A DNA stretch of 64,000 nucleotides, from NCBI GenBank assembly GCA_013265495.1, contig MU058636.1:434001-498000 (forward strand). The letters run 5' to 3'. A model generated the notes under the pieces. The model worked only from the letters and a program-made list of their open reading frames with translations, was not told the origin of the DNA and ran no database searches. How positions within the stretch are numbered: the stretch's first letter is position 1; every line of letters starts with the position of its first letter. The stretch is from Vicugna vicugna (lineage: Eukaryota). The translations under genes were made by a program, and so were the position numbers. Positions 26,489-39,516 of this stretch are shown piece after piece.

Positions 26489-26621
26489 GGGGAGGGTAGA
26501 GCTCAGTGGTAGAGCGCATGCTGAGCATGCACGAGGTCCTGGGTTCAGTCTCCAGCATGTCTAATGAAAAATAAATAAACCTAGCTACCCCCTCCCCCCA
26601 AAAAAGTTTTAAAAAATAAAT
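26489..26621 (+). mobile_element. Vic-1-like tRNA-derived SINE, full length
   Basis: ggggagggtagagctcagtggtagagcgcatgctgagcatgcacgaggtcctgggttc, A-rich linker, acctagctacccc tail and A tail. Confidence 0.93.
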
Positions 26622-26781
26622 TTAAGAGGGGATTTCAGTCATTCTCACCTGGTCTGAAGGCTCTGCCTTTGCTTTCCTGAGGTGACTGGTTTTCTCAGGT
26701 CACGTGCAGAATCTGGTTTCCTCCATGACCTTACCTGTCCTCTTCTCCGAGAGACATTCTGTGACTCTGGTTCCTGACTGA

Positions 26782-27009
<228 letters not shown>

Positions 27010-28059
27010 TGAAGAGGAGGGCTTTTCTCAGAGGGTAATTTCAAGGAAAGGTTTTTGTCCGTGTACAATGCAAAAGGTGCTCCTGGGACGTCTTAACAGC
27101 CTGACCCACACACACCTCATTGAAGCCGGGGACACATTCCAGATCCAGGTTCTCTGGATCCAAAGCCAGGAGCCCCCCTCCACCTTCTCCACACCGCGTG
27201 CCCTCCCTCCTCCGTCTCCCTGACAGATGGGTGGGTGGGGACACCCTCTCCTCTGCGTGTTCCCCCTGGCCCTCCTCCCCTGGGTGGTCAGAACCTGGGG
27301 AGCTGCAGTGGCACCTTTCCTGGCGGGCCCTGAGACTGTCCAGTTTTCTTTACTTGCATGAAAAGGTTTCTGGCTGGATTTCTCCTGGAACTGCAGGTCT
27401 CCAGAGCACTCACTGGTGCTTCTAGGATGTTTGGATGCTATCACTTCAACTGGGAGGATGTGGGAGTGAGTGAGGAGTAAGCCAGGAATGTAATTAAAAA
27501 GATCTCAATGAACTCCTTGAGTTGGCAGCCTGTTTTTCAAGATGCTGATTCAGTTACAAGTAAAATCAAGGTGCTTGCTCTAGGGGTGGAGGGGCCAGGG
27601 ACCAGTGGAAAAGGCATTTCATGCTCGGTCAAAGTGGGAGCGCCAGCCACCTCGTTCCTCCTTTTCAGGAATAGCTCTGCTATAAAGGTGCGATCGTCAT
27701 GACTAAGAGGTTTCCAGACGTGTGTAGGAGAGTGGAAGCAGGCAGCCACTCTGTGGGGAGCTGGGAAAGCAGTGGTGATTATGTGTGGTGCCGGCATCTC
27801 ATTCTGTAGTGAGTGACTTTGTGTCTGATTTCCCTCAGCTCTTGGCAGGAAAAACAGCTGAGGGGGCGCAGTTCAGCCTTTTCTGATGTGGTCCCTGAAA
27901 ACACTCAGCTCAGATCACTTGACAAGCTGTTTGCTCATGTGGCTGTGCCGGACCGCTCCTTCACCACGTGGTCTGTCCTTTCTTATTGAATATTCGGATC
28001 GGACATCCAGGTTCATGCCGTGCCCTCTGTAACTAACACATAATTACTAACACGTAATT

Positions 28060-28135
28060 TCCCCAAATTGTGCAGATTGTTCGCTGCACAAGGCTGTCAC
28101 GCCAAGGGGGTAAGCAGGGCTGAGACGTAGCAAAA
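28060..28135. mobile_element. MER91-like hAT-Tip100 fragment
   Basis: ttgtgcagattgttcgctgcacaagg...aaggggg...agggctgaga with an internal 8-bp stem; matches my recollection of MER91. Confidence 0.55.
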
Positions 28136-29299
28136 CCTAGTCAAGAAGTTGCAGGTTTCTTACCTGCACGGAGGCGGCCACCTGGGGGGTGTCGTGCTGC
28201 GGTGCTCGGCTCAGCCACCGCCGGTCAGAACTGTCAGATGCTACGTGTCACGGATTTTGTGGTTTCTGTCTTCTTCCTGTCCGTGTTTTTACGATTCCCT
28301 TTTGAAACCTAAAGGTGTTTGTACCCCCACCCCCACCCCTAGGGCATTTTTGGCTTGTGTGATAGGAGTCACTCCTTAATGTCACCTGGGGTCATAGATA
28401 ATTAGTGAGGATGGCCAAAGCGGGGGTGTTGGGGTCCCCGTTCCCACGTCCCAAGTTTCACGTGCGTTTTAAGCTCCCAGAGCTGAGGGCTTCTGAGTAA
28501 TCTGGTTTTCCTCACAATCAGCAAATTACAGGTGGTCCAGACTCCTTATCAGGGCATCCTATGTGGAGCTCAAGCCTGAAGCTTCCCACAGCTGCCTTTG
28601 GGGACTTTCTTTGTCATTTACACCTACTATCTGCCCTTTCTCTTTTTTAAAAAAGAGCTTCAAGTGGGCTGAGGCGGAGACGCATACAGTTTCAGTCTGT
28701 CTGCAAAATTCTCTTTGGCATGAGGCCCTTGAGAGGCTGTGTAAGTCCCTCAAATTAATGTCTCAATTGTGGTTGAGCAGCAGAACTTCAGCGGTCTTTC
28801 GGAAGCAGCCTTGTAAAACATTCTTTATGAAAGTAAAACTAACTAAAGGAATAGAGTATCTCCACTGCTCTGAGCCCAGTGTCCTGCTTCATATCGCCAG
28901 GCGATGTTCATTTTAAAACCAAGAAAAAACCCTTGACTGAGCCCAGACAGTTGGAGTGTTGACTCAGACAGCGGCTACCACTGCCAAGTAACCTGTGTGG
29001 CGTCCGTGTGTGCACTTCAAGGATCGTCCTCCTTGCGTGCTGTTTTGGTGTGTTTTGAGCTGAAAGAGCCAAGATTGTTGTAATTTGATCTGCTCATTTG
29101 CAGCGCAAATAGTTTTGTGTTCTAAAGGTTACGTTGTAGTTAATTACTTAGGTGAGAATGAGTTAAATGTATTCCATATTTTTCTTAAATGGTTTTCTTG
29201 TAACTCAAGGAGAAACCCTTTGCAATAGGCAGTGAATTCTCATCTCAAATGTCCTCTGCTATATATGTAACTATCAGTCATTTAAAATGACAGATTTAA

Positions 29300-29681
29300 C
29301 TGAAGAAAGAGAATGAAGCTGGAGGAGTAACCCTTCCAGACTTCAGACAATACTGCAGAGCTACAGTAATCAAAACAGTGTGGTATTGGTACAAAAACAG
29401 ACGTGGATCAATGGAACAGAATAGAGAGCCCAGAAATAAACCCACAAACCTTTGGTCAACTAATCTTCGACAAAGGAGGCAAGAACATACGATGGAGTAA
29501 AGACAGTCTCTTCAGCAAATGGTGTAGGGAAAACTGGACAGCTGTGTGTAAATCGATGAAGTTACAACACTCCCTCACACCATACACAGAAACAAACTCG
29601 AAATGGCTTAAAGACTTAAACATAAGACACGATAAACCTCCTAGAAGAAGACATATGCAAAACATTCTCTGACATAAATCT
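29300..29681 (+). mobile_element. Internal L1 ORF2 fragment lacking 3' UTR/poly(A)
   Basis: [21 protein letters not shown] and [13 protein letters not shown]; reverse complement of 15784-16171 and 32772-33156. Confidence 0.95.
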
Positions 29682-30379
29682 AAAAAATACAAATTTAAAA
29701 TTTGCCAATTAAAAAAAATACCATGTGTGGATATGTACACATATGTATAGTCTGAGCAGTTGCTGTGAGGCTCATTATATGATTTGAATTAGCAATAAAG
29801 ACTATGCAGAACCAGAGCCCAGGGGTAATGCAGGCTGTGCGCTTAGCGTACTAGCCCGTGGACCAGGACTCCTCTGTGGAGGGGTGCCTGGCGCACTCAT
29901 TGCAAGATGCGTCACAAGCTGAAAGCCCCTCCACCCCTACCCCAAGTCCCCTTACGTGTGTGTATTCTTTTCTGAGCTTTCTCTCTCTGTTTGTAGAGAC
30001 TTTCACACATACAGACAGTTCAGTGTTTTTACGTCCCTGTCATCGTGTCTTGTAATACATGCTGCAGTTTGTGTTTTACTTACAGTGTATTTTGACGTCA
30101 TCTCCCATCACTGCACAGGGACCCATCACATGCTGTTTCACAGGATGGTGTCCTCCAACCATCCAGCCCCATACATGGTGCGCCGCATAGAATTCATTCA
30201 GGCTGTTGTAACTATTGGTGCAAGCGACTGAAAAGTAGGAACAGAACGATGGAGTCAGAGACTTCATGGTGGCCCTATTAAAGATAAAACTAATAACGTA
30301 TTCGACCTTTGTTTTCCATCCCCTCCGATAACTGCCTTAATTCAGTGCTTTTTACCGGGATGAAAGCAAAGACCACTAG

Positions 30380-30510
30380 CTTTGCCCACTCAGCTGTCTG
30401 CGGTGCAGCTGGGGCGAGCTTTCTGAAGCATACACCTGACCAGCTCCAGTGTCTGGCTCGGTGTCTGGAACATAGGTGCCCAAATTGTTGGCGGTGCGTG
30501 AGTGAATGAA
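30380..30510 (+). mobile_element. L2 3' end
   Basis: ccagtgtctggctcggtgtctggaacataggtgcccaaattgttg...gagtgaatgaa. Confidence 0.6.
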
Positions 30511-30635
30511 TTCCACTACTCTTTTCAAAGTCTTCAAGGGTTCCTGTGTCTTTTGATGAAATCCCATCTCTCCCTCGCGCCCTCTGTGATCTGGATCCTG
30601 ATGGTCACCAGCCCCGTTTCCCACCACATCCCTCC

Positions 30636-30910
30636 TGTTTTGTTTTTAATCAGTGTTATTGAGGCATAGTTAACACACAGTAAGGTATGCCATTTTTAGG
30701 CGTACAGTTCTAGGAATTTAAACTGGGTTTTTATCATTAGAGACTAACTGGCAGTTTCCTGTCCACCTCCCACAGATGGTGACAGACAAGAACGTGCCAG
30801 TTCCAGAGACGGTGGCCATGATGGGTGCACAACAGTGTTGGTGTGCCACTGAGCCGTATGCTTAGAAATGGTTCAGATGGTCAACTTCATGTTGTGGGTT
30901 TTCACCACCA
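30636..30910. mobile_element. Two old L1M 3'-end fragments (minus 30636-30720, plus 30800-30910)
   Basis: ttattgaggcatagttaacacacagtaa...; tgccactgagccgtatgcttagaaatggttcagatggtcaacttcatgttgtg. Confidence 0.6.
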
Positions 30911-31690
30911 CTCCACAATGTTTTAACATTCAAAAAGGTGACAAGCACTTACTGCCCTAGTCACCTTGAGGGAAACGGAAAATGTGCCTCAGACCATGTG
31001 CTTTGGGAAGCTCACTGAAGGCTTGAAAGACAGACTTTGCATGTAGTTTTGTTTTGTGTTAAAAACCAATTAAATGCTAAGCGACTAGATGGACCGTACT
31101 TCTCGGGAGGTGGAACCCTGCTGTGGGCTAGACTGGGAGAGACCTCTCCATCACCTGGGCAATTCCTGTTTTGTGCTGCAGGTTACAATTTTAATTTTAA
31201 TACATTGGCAGGGAAACTGTTTCAAGTATGAATTCCCGTCGGGCAACGTGAAAATGGGAATCAAGTAGAAGGGGCGGCATTCTGGAGAGTGCTCTTCTCC
31301 CCTCGTGGTCCTCATTCTCCACGTGAAGTGCTCTTGGGCTGCGGCGTCCAGGTGGGCAAGATGGGGCCATGGCCCTTAGAATTGGAATCTCTTAGGGGAT
31401 GCGGTAAGGACTCCCACCACTCAGTCCCAGGCTGGGTGCTGGCTTCCAGGAAGACGCTTGCCATGAGGACTCTTGGAAGTGGTGCTTCATGGCCAGGAGG
31501 GTGGGGGGCTCATGAGTTAAGACCTGAAGGACGAGGAGGAGGTGATAAGGGGAGAGGCTGGAGGAGAGGGTTGGACCACTGTGCCAGGGGGAGTCTGCAC
31601 CTGCGTTTCCCATTCCCCTCTCTGTCCATCCCAGCTCTGTGATGAACGCTGGCAGTCAGTAAACAATGGGGAAGAGGTGCACTTTGTTGG

Positions 31691-33406
31691 TTTTTAATTG
31701 AAGTAGTCAGTTACAGTGTGCCAATTTCTGATGTACAGCATAATGTCCCAGTCATACATACTCACACATATATTCATTTTCATGTTTTCATTAAACATTA
31801 TTACAAGATACTAAATATAGTTCCCTGTGCTGTACAGAAGAAATTTGTTTTTGATCTATTTTTGTATATAGTAGTTAATATTTGCAAATCTCGAACTCCC
31901 AGATTAATGTTTTCCCACCCCCTTTCCCCAAGTCTGAGTTTGTTAGTGTCTTTTTTTTCCTTTCTCTTTCTGGCTCACTTCACTTGGAATGACGATCTCC
32001 AGGTCCATCCATGTTGCTGCATACAGCGTTATTCCATTCTTTTATGGCTGAGTAGTGTTCCATGGTGTATATATACCACATCTTCTTTATCCAGTGATCT
32101 GTTCATGGACATACGGGCTGTTCCATGTCTTGGCTATTGTACATAGTGCTGCTGTGAACACTGGGGTACATGTATCTTTTTGAATTAGAGTTCCCTCCAG
32201 ATATTTGCCCAGGAGTGGAATTGCTGGATCATATGGTAAGTCTGTTTTTGGCTTTTTAAGGAATCTCCATACTATTTTCCATAATGGCTGCACCAAAGTG
32301 CCTTCCTACCAACAGTGTAGGAGAGTTCCCTTTTCTCCACACCCTCTCCAGTGTTTCATTTGTGCACTTTTGAATGATGGCCATTCTGACTGGTGTGAGG
32401 TGATACCTCATTGTAGTTTTGATTTGCATTTCTCTGGATAATTAGTGATGTTGAGCATTTTGTCATGTACTTATTGGTCATCTATTTGTATGTCTTCACT
32501 GGAGAATTGCTTGTTCAGGTCTTCTGCCCATTTTTGGATTGTTTTTGTTGTTGTTGTTATTAAGTTGTATGAGCTGTTAATATATTCTGGAAATCAAGCC
32601 TTTGTCAGTCTCATCTTCTGCAAGTATTTTCTCCCATTCCGTAGGCTATTGTTTTGTTTTGCTTTGGTTTCCTTTGCTGTGCAAAAGCTTGTAAGTTTAA
32701 TTAGGTCCCATTTGTTTATTTTTGCTTTTATTTCTATTGCCTGGGTAGACTGCCCTAGGAGAGCACTGCTAAGCTTTATGTTAGAGAATTATTTTGCTTA
32801 CGTTTTCTTCTAGGAGGTTTATAGTGTCTTGTCTTATATTTAAGTCTTTAAGCCATTTCAAGTTTATTTTGTGTATGGTGAGAGGGGGTGTTCTAACTGC
32901 AGTGATTTATGTGGGGCTGTCCAGTTTTCCCGACACCACTTGTTGAAGAGACTGTCTTTTCTCCACTGTATGTTTTTGCGTTTTTGTCAAAGATTAATTG
33001 ACTGTAGGTCATGGGTTTATTTCTGGGCTCTCTATTCTGTTCCATTGAGCCATGTCTGTTTTTGTGCCAGTACCATACTGTTTTCATTACCGTAGCTCTG
33101 TAGAATTGTCTGAAGTCTGGGGGGTTTATTCCTCCAGCTTCATTCTTTTTCTTCAGTAATGCTTTGGCGATTCTGGGTCTTTTGTGATTCCTTATAAATT
33201 TTAGGATTATTTGTTCTAGTTCTGTGAAAAATGCCCTAGGGAATTTGATAGGGGTCACATTAAATCTATAGATTACTTTGGGCAATATGGCCATTTTAAC
33301 AATATTAACTCTTCCAATCCAAGAACATGGGATATCTTTCCATTTCCTTAAGTCATCTTAATTTCCTTAGTGTTTTGTAGTTCTCCTTATATAAGTCTTT
33401 CACCTC
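31691..33406 (-). mobile_element. L1, non-inverted 3' part (ORF2 C-terminus + 3' UTR)
   Basis: [19 protein letters not shown] and [24 protein letters not shown]; colinear with the 14.6-16.5 kb copy. Confidence 0.97.
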
Positions 33407-33742
33407 AGGATGCCTACTCTCACCACTTTTATTCAGTATAGTATTGGAAGTCCTAGCCACAGCAATCAGGCAAGAAAAATAAAAGGGATCCAGATTGAAG
33501 GGGAAGAGGTTGAATTGTCACTATATGTGGATGAAATGATACTATATATAGAAAACCCTAAAAACTCCACAGAGAAACTACTAGAACCCATAAAAGAATT
33601 CAGCAAGTTAGCAGGAGACAAGAGGAACATACAGAAATCAGTTGCATTTCTTTACACTAACAATGAAATATCAGAAAAAGAGAGTAAAGAAACAATCTCT
33701 TTTAAAATCGCATCCAAAATAATAAAACACCTAGGAATAAAT
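33407..33742 (+). mobile_element. Inverted 5' segment of the same L1 (RT domain)
   Basis: GCLLSPLLFSIVLEVLA; SLYVDEMILYIENPK (decayed YADD/FADD); ends at KHLGIN, just upstream in L1 of where the minus segment begins. Confidence 0.93.
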
Positions 33743-36700
33743 GCTGAGGTTTTATGTTGCAGCAGGAAGGCGTCTGCAGAACGAGTCAGACATGTGCTGA
33801 GGAATGTTCTCTCCAAGCCTGGTTGTTTGCCGCCCGTCCTGAGAGCTGGGAGTTTGTTAGCAAAAGGCACGGGGGCGAGGGGGCGGGGGAAGCAGTGGTG
33901 AAGCCAGAGAGGTCTTAGCAGTCTTCAGGGATGCCCCTGCCAGACACCCGATCACTTTGAACTTCATAAAAATAGACTCTTACTGCCTCTTCCATGTGAC
34001 ACTCTGTGCTTTTTTAATGATGTTTTTGCAGCTGCTGTACCTTATAGGAGTGTCATAAAGATCCAACATTCTAAAAAAAAGAAGTATTTAGGCATTGATG
34101 TTTTAAAAATGGAGTCTAAGTCTCCATCAAATGTTTAAACCTCCCTGGAATTAAAAAAAAAAAGCCCAAGTCTAAAAACAAAATTTAAGCGAAGGACTCA
34201 CGGGCCCCATGTAACGTTTGAGAAGTCGGCTGTGTCCCTTACTCCAGGTGCCCAGTCTTCCCTCCACCTGGTGAGTCCGCAAAAATGACCCAAACCCAGC
34301 GAGGGGTCCAGGGTGTCACCTCTGCGTCAGAGCTCACATATTCCAACTTCCTTCTCTTCCTCGAGGCCCTCCTGCCTTCAGAGACAGCACCACCCAATGC
34401 AGCACCAGGCACTTGTCTGTTCACCAGATCGCTGGTGACTCCCTGAGGTCAGGGACTGGACCCTTTTCCAGCAGTGCCTCAGGAGACAGAAAATCTATTG
34501 AGTACGTTTCAGCAGAGGCCAGCCCGTAAGACTCTGTTGGGCTTTTTGTTTTGGGGGGTCTTAGTTTTTAGAATATAAAAGATTACGTAAGTAGCACATT
34601 ATGGCACTTGTCTTGCCTTTTAGGAAACGCCTTTCTGACCTAACTTAAATCTGTCCTGATGGAATCTTCACACAGAGAGCTATACCCCCCAAGTATTAGA
34701 AGATTAATCTGGTTTCCAGATTGTTTAATCTCATCTTTTGAGAGAACCAAGGGTAATTTTGACTGCATTCTGGAAGCACATTCCTACTTACGCTGCTTTT
34801 TGTTTTGGCTGAAACTCACAAATAGATTTTCATTCTTGTGCAGTTGATTTTACCAGTGAGGTTTTTTTTTTCTCCTATTGATGTTTCTTACCATTGCATC
34901 TGTTTATATTGAATTCCTGTATTTTCTCTTGTTCTTTCTTCAGTAGAGACCAGGATTCCTAAAACTTCTGAAACCAGATTTCCTTTCATTTTTACGATTA
35001 ATTTTGAGATGGCGTCTCTGCAGACGACGCCTGCCCATCCTAGTTCATCTCTGGACACCCAGGGAGCTCTCCAGGCTGCGCTGGACCGAGGTGCCTTCTG
35101 GGGGGGGGGCCTGAAAACACCACCTGCTCCCTCCTGGTGTACAAAGCGGATGGGAACTGTGCCATCCACAAAGATAAAGTCAGTGTTTCTGTTACCAAAA
35201 GGGGAAGGGAAAAGACCCCAGTTCTTATCTTACCCGAAAGATAAGAATTCAGATGGGAGGTGGAGTGTTGTGTAGAGAAGATTTTAAAGGATTTATTAGT
35301 GAAAGGAAAGTGCACCTCCAAGAGCGGGAGGCGGGCTGACCCACGGGCGGAGGGCAGTGGTCTTCGGTCCCCTGTCTTACTCCCTCGCTTAGAGGTGGTA
35401 TCTTGTTGATTGGCGGCTCTTGCCGCTGGAGCGCTTAGTCATGCTTGTCCCCTTGGCGCTTGTCCTTGCCCGTTTGCACACAGAAAAACCCACGGGGGAG
35501 CCTAAACCGCAATGTTAAGTATGTTACCGTGAGCACTGGGTCATGTGTGATTAGGTCCCTGCTGGACTCTGCGCGGTCGTGGCTGTCGGGTTCTAACTGG
35601 TGTCTTGCTGGTGCTCACTGAGAGGAAGTGAAGCCCCTTTATGCTGGAGGTGGGCAGAACACCATCTTCCGGACCATCCTCCCTCTCCTCCATCTGTCTG
35701 CCCGGTGCCCCCACTTCTCTAACTACCAAACACTTCCAGGTGGTAGAGTTACACCGGCTGCCTTCAAGGTGCTGTGGAATTCACCTGCTTTGGAACCCTC
35801 CACCCTGAGAGCAAGTTGCTGTGAGATTGAGGATGAAAACAAATTAAGTGTCCTGGGTTCACATTGCTGTCCTTGTGGCTGAGCAGATTTTAAATCTCTA
35901 AAAGTCGGGGTGCATTTTGTGTATCCTGACTTCTCTGGTTGGGGAGAAGACCTACCAGAGAGACCTACCCCAGAAGGCAGGGCTATAAACCCTTCCTGTG
36001 CTGTTTGATGGGTCGTGGTGAAGGCCACCCGCGTCTGTTTATGGTATCATTGGCTGACGTCTAACGAGCATTTGACGCACTTTTTCTGAAAGTGTCTTGC
36101 TGCTTGACCCCTGCGTGCATCTTGGAGAGACTGGCGGGAAACTCACCAGAGGGAAGCTGTGTAGCAACTGGGGGTTCTTCTTCCCACCTGAGTGGCACCA
36201 AGCGTATGGCCGTGGTTTTCATGTGGGTCTCCTGGGCCCACCTTTCAAGTAGTGCTTCCCAGAATCAGCGCGGCCACAGACTGACGGGAGCGGCGTACGT
36301 ACACGTGCTCTTGGGGTGGAGGTGGGGGCTTTTCTCCCTCTTTCTGTTTGTGTGGGTTGATAGAACTCCGTCTGTGATAGAAATTCCTGGGGACTTCCCT
36401 CGGGAGCTCACAGGACGCCTCCTCCTGGTCAGCTGCCCCTATAACCAGAGCCAGCGCCAAGCCTCACCTGCCTCCAGCTGAGTCTGCGCAGGTAGGAGTC
36501 CTGACTGTTGCTGCTGCTGCTTCTCTGTTTTTTCCCGCTTCAGTAGCATCTGTCACACGGTGAACCCCACGAGTGCTGCCGCCCACGTCGGAAAACGCTG
36601 ATCAGTGGTTTTAAACATTCAGCAGCGATGGAAGGAAAAACCCTAAAATCTACTTAAAACAATTAAATCTTTGTTGTTGCTAATCAGGTTGCTAGAATGA

Positions 36701-37669
36701 ATTCTAAAGAATACAGTTAATATTTAAAATCAAGTTTTTCTGCCAAATTACAAAAAAATATTTAGTTTAAACATTAGTCAAAAAGATGTACTATTTAAAA
36801 TGAACTTAAATGTACTGAAGTTACAGTAGGAAAAGTACCACTGTAAAAGTCAACATGAATGAACAGGAAGACCTTCCCCACTCCTGGCCAAGAAGAAATA
36901 TGTACATGCACGTGGATGTACATATACGGACGGACGTACCTACATATGTGTACACATCTGTCTGTGTCATGTATCACAGAGTGTCAGAATGATTATTTAC
37001 TTAAACAAGGAAATGCTGAAGATCATAAGAAAATATTTATAAGAGAAGAGAGCCTGGAAGTTTTGAAAGTAAAAGTGTCAAGAGGGATTGGTCATACCAG
37101 ATGTTAAATGTAGTGTAATCAGCAGAACTGAAGAGAGAATAAAAAACGGATGCAGATGCAGCTGGATCTCTGAGTTGTGATAAAACTGGCACCTGAAAAA
37201 TGGGTGGGACAAAGATAGTTTCCATAAATGCTGATGGGCACCAAGGGGCCATGTAGAGGAAATACTACGCTGGACTCACAGTGCTTCGCCCTTTTCACCA
37301 AAATGAATTCCAGCTGGATTTGAGGTTGGTTGGTTGATTGAAAAGAATAGTCCATATTTTGGAAATGTAATGCAGTCACGTGGTTGGAAGCTTTGAAATT
37401 CCATCCGAAATTAAGGCGAACAGAACCTGCGTGGTCTCTGCTCTGTGTGCACTGTTACCCCCACCTCCGAGGGGTCCCTGGCCTGTCTTTTCAGCCCTTG
37501 TTTATGCAGATACCAGCTTATGTGATGGCGCACCCTCGTGCCTGCCTTTCTCGCTTGGAAGGCTGGATCCTGCAGACCTCTTCTGCACCCACGTTGGTGC
37601 CATGACAGTGAATCCTGGGAGCCTCTCCCCAGGGTACTAGAGGGCCGCCTCCACCTTTCTCCAATCACA

Positions 37670-37860
37670 GAGTGTTCAGTTAGGCAAATAGTTTATTTAA
37701 CCAGTCCCCTATTGACGGACACTTGGGTTTTTTCCAACTTCAACATTTTCCTTCAACAAATTGTGCTGCAGTGTTGGGTAAATTCCCAGAAGTGGGACTT
37801 CCATGTCAAAGAGGCAGTGCATTAATAATTTTGATAAACACTGCCATTTTCCCTTGTAAA
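37670..37860 (-). mobile_element. Old L1ME-type fragment
   Basis: tttatttaaccagtcccctattgacggacacttggg...aattcccagaagtggga. Confidence 0.6.
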
Positions 37861-38199
37861 ATATAGTCTTTGCATATTGGGGAGATTAGCCCGTGGTCAG
37901 TGGCATGAATTGCACACATATTATTTCTCGACGTACTGAGAGGCTGGAGTCATCCTAAACCGTGCAGTGCAGGTTGGGTTCTCGGGAAGGCGCATCTGAG
38001 ATGGAGCCAGCACGACGGATGTTTGCTGGGACGAGATCAGCCTGTATCCTTGGGAGGGATGGAAGCACGAGGGAAATGCAGGAACCCAGGTCAAATGGTG
38101 CCAGGAGGAGACCATGGCCTCTTGCTCTTGGTAGAGCCCAGCCGCAGACCCTGCTTCCAGGGACAGCATCTGAGCAGAGGCCATGGCTCAGGAGAAGTG

Positions 38200-38581
38200 G
38201 TTCCTGGAGAAGGAATCTGTCACCATTGCCTGGCACTCCTGCTGAGCAGTGGGGCCGTGTTCCCCTCCCCTGAGGCTGGGTGGACCCTTGTAACTGCCTG
38301 AAGCAAGAGACACCAGCTGACTTCCCAGGGTAGGACGTGAAAGGACGGCCCCCCCAGGAACCTAGGTGTCCTGGTGCAGGAAGGCCAGGCCGCGCGGAGC
38401 AGACACACACACAGCTTTCCGGCCAACAGGCTCTCAGGCCTCGGCCACCAGCCACACAAGTGAGCGAGCATCAGAGGACTCCTGCACCCAGCCTTCCAGC
38501 TGAACAGTGCAGATCTGTGAGCAAAACTCATATCGTCATTGTTTTGAGCCGCTAAGTAACTTAACCACAATCACTGGAACA
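38200..38581 (+). mobile_element. Probable MaLR (MLT1-type) solo LTR, degenerate
   Basis: 3' end cagatctgtgagcaaaa...cattgttttgagccgctaagt...actggaaca. Confidence 0.5.
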
Positions 38582-38619
38582 AATAGTGATGCTGATTTTG
38601 ATTTTAATTAATGTTTCAC

Positions 38620-38712
38620 GGGGAAGGTAATGGCTCAGTGGTAGAATGCATGCTTAGCATGCAGTTTGTCCTAGGTTAAATTCCCAGTACGTCCATTAAA
38701 AATAAAAATTAA
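38620..38712 (+). mobile_element. Vic-1-like SINE (short form)
   Basis: ggggaaggtaatggctcagtggtagaatgcatgcttagcatgca...cccagtac followed by an A-rich tail. Confidence 0.85.
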
Positions 38713-38929
38713 TTAATGGCCCATCAGGCCAACAACTTTCTTTACCTCTTGGTTCCTGTTACTTTGAGCCAGTCCCTTTGGAGAATGCTGCATTCTGTGC
38801 AAGTGATAAAGTCACTGAAAAAGAGCCTTGTTACAAGGACCATGTCCTCAGAAGGCATAATGATCAGGCACCCGGTGAACTGCCCAGGGCCCTTGCTCCC
38901 TGGTGTCCTTTCTCCCCGACCTACCATGA

Positions 38930-39080
38930 CACTGAAACTCTCTGTGTCCCCATGACAGAAAAGGACCAGGTTTCCTGTTGCCACACGAGTGTATGCAGTT
39001 GTCAGAACTCACAGGACTGGACATTGCAAAGGGCCTATTTTGCTGCAAGCAAATTATGTCTGCAAATAAATAAAAATAAG
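38930..39080 (+). mobile_element. Old L1M 3' end
   Basis: cacgagtgtatgcagttgtcagaactca...attttgctgcaagcaaattatg...aataaa. Confidence 0.5.
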
Positions 39081-39140
39081 CAGAGAGAGATTCTAGTTAT
39101 TGCTTCTTGATATTTAAATCAGGCCAAGTTGTCACATCTG

Positions 39141-39516
39141 GTGGGTGCAGGTAGGGCTCAGTGGTAGAGCACGTGCTTAGCATGCACAGGTTCCTGGGTT
39201 CAATCCCCAGTACCTCTGTTAAAAATAAATAATAAGGTACTAACTACTATATATAAAACAGATAAGCAACAGGTTTATACTATAGCATAAGGAACTATAT
39301 TCAATATCTTACAGTAAACTGTAATGAAAAAGTATGAAAAGGAATATATGTGTGTACATGTATGACTGAAACATGATGCTGTACACCAGAAATTGACACA
39401 ACAGTGTAAACTGAGTGTACTTCAGTAAAAAAAGAATGCAAATTTTAAAAAAAGGTTTTGTAAATTATAAAATAAAAAAATAGATAAACCTAATTACCTC
39501 CCCCACAAGAAAAAAA
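39141..39516 (+). mobile_element. Vic-1-like SINE split by a nested L1 3' end
   Basis: SINE head at 39141-39235; SINE tail taaacctaattacctccccc at 39486-39516. Confidence 0.85.
39236..39433 (+). mobile_element. L1 3' end nested in the SINE
   Basis: tactaactactatatataaaacagataagcaac...acaccagaaattgacacaac...tacttcagtaaaaaaa. Confidence 0.9.

Noticed and set aside
26489..26560. Functional tRNA-Ala gene (also at 1, 17100, 38620, 39141 and 56375)
   Set aside because: Broken acceptor stems, A-rich linkers, and shared tails or TSDs in several copies show these are SINEs.
33410..33901. 163-aa RT-like ORF
   Set aside because: Decayed inverted L1 fragment (catalytic motif reads YVDE) running into flanking DNA.
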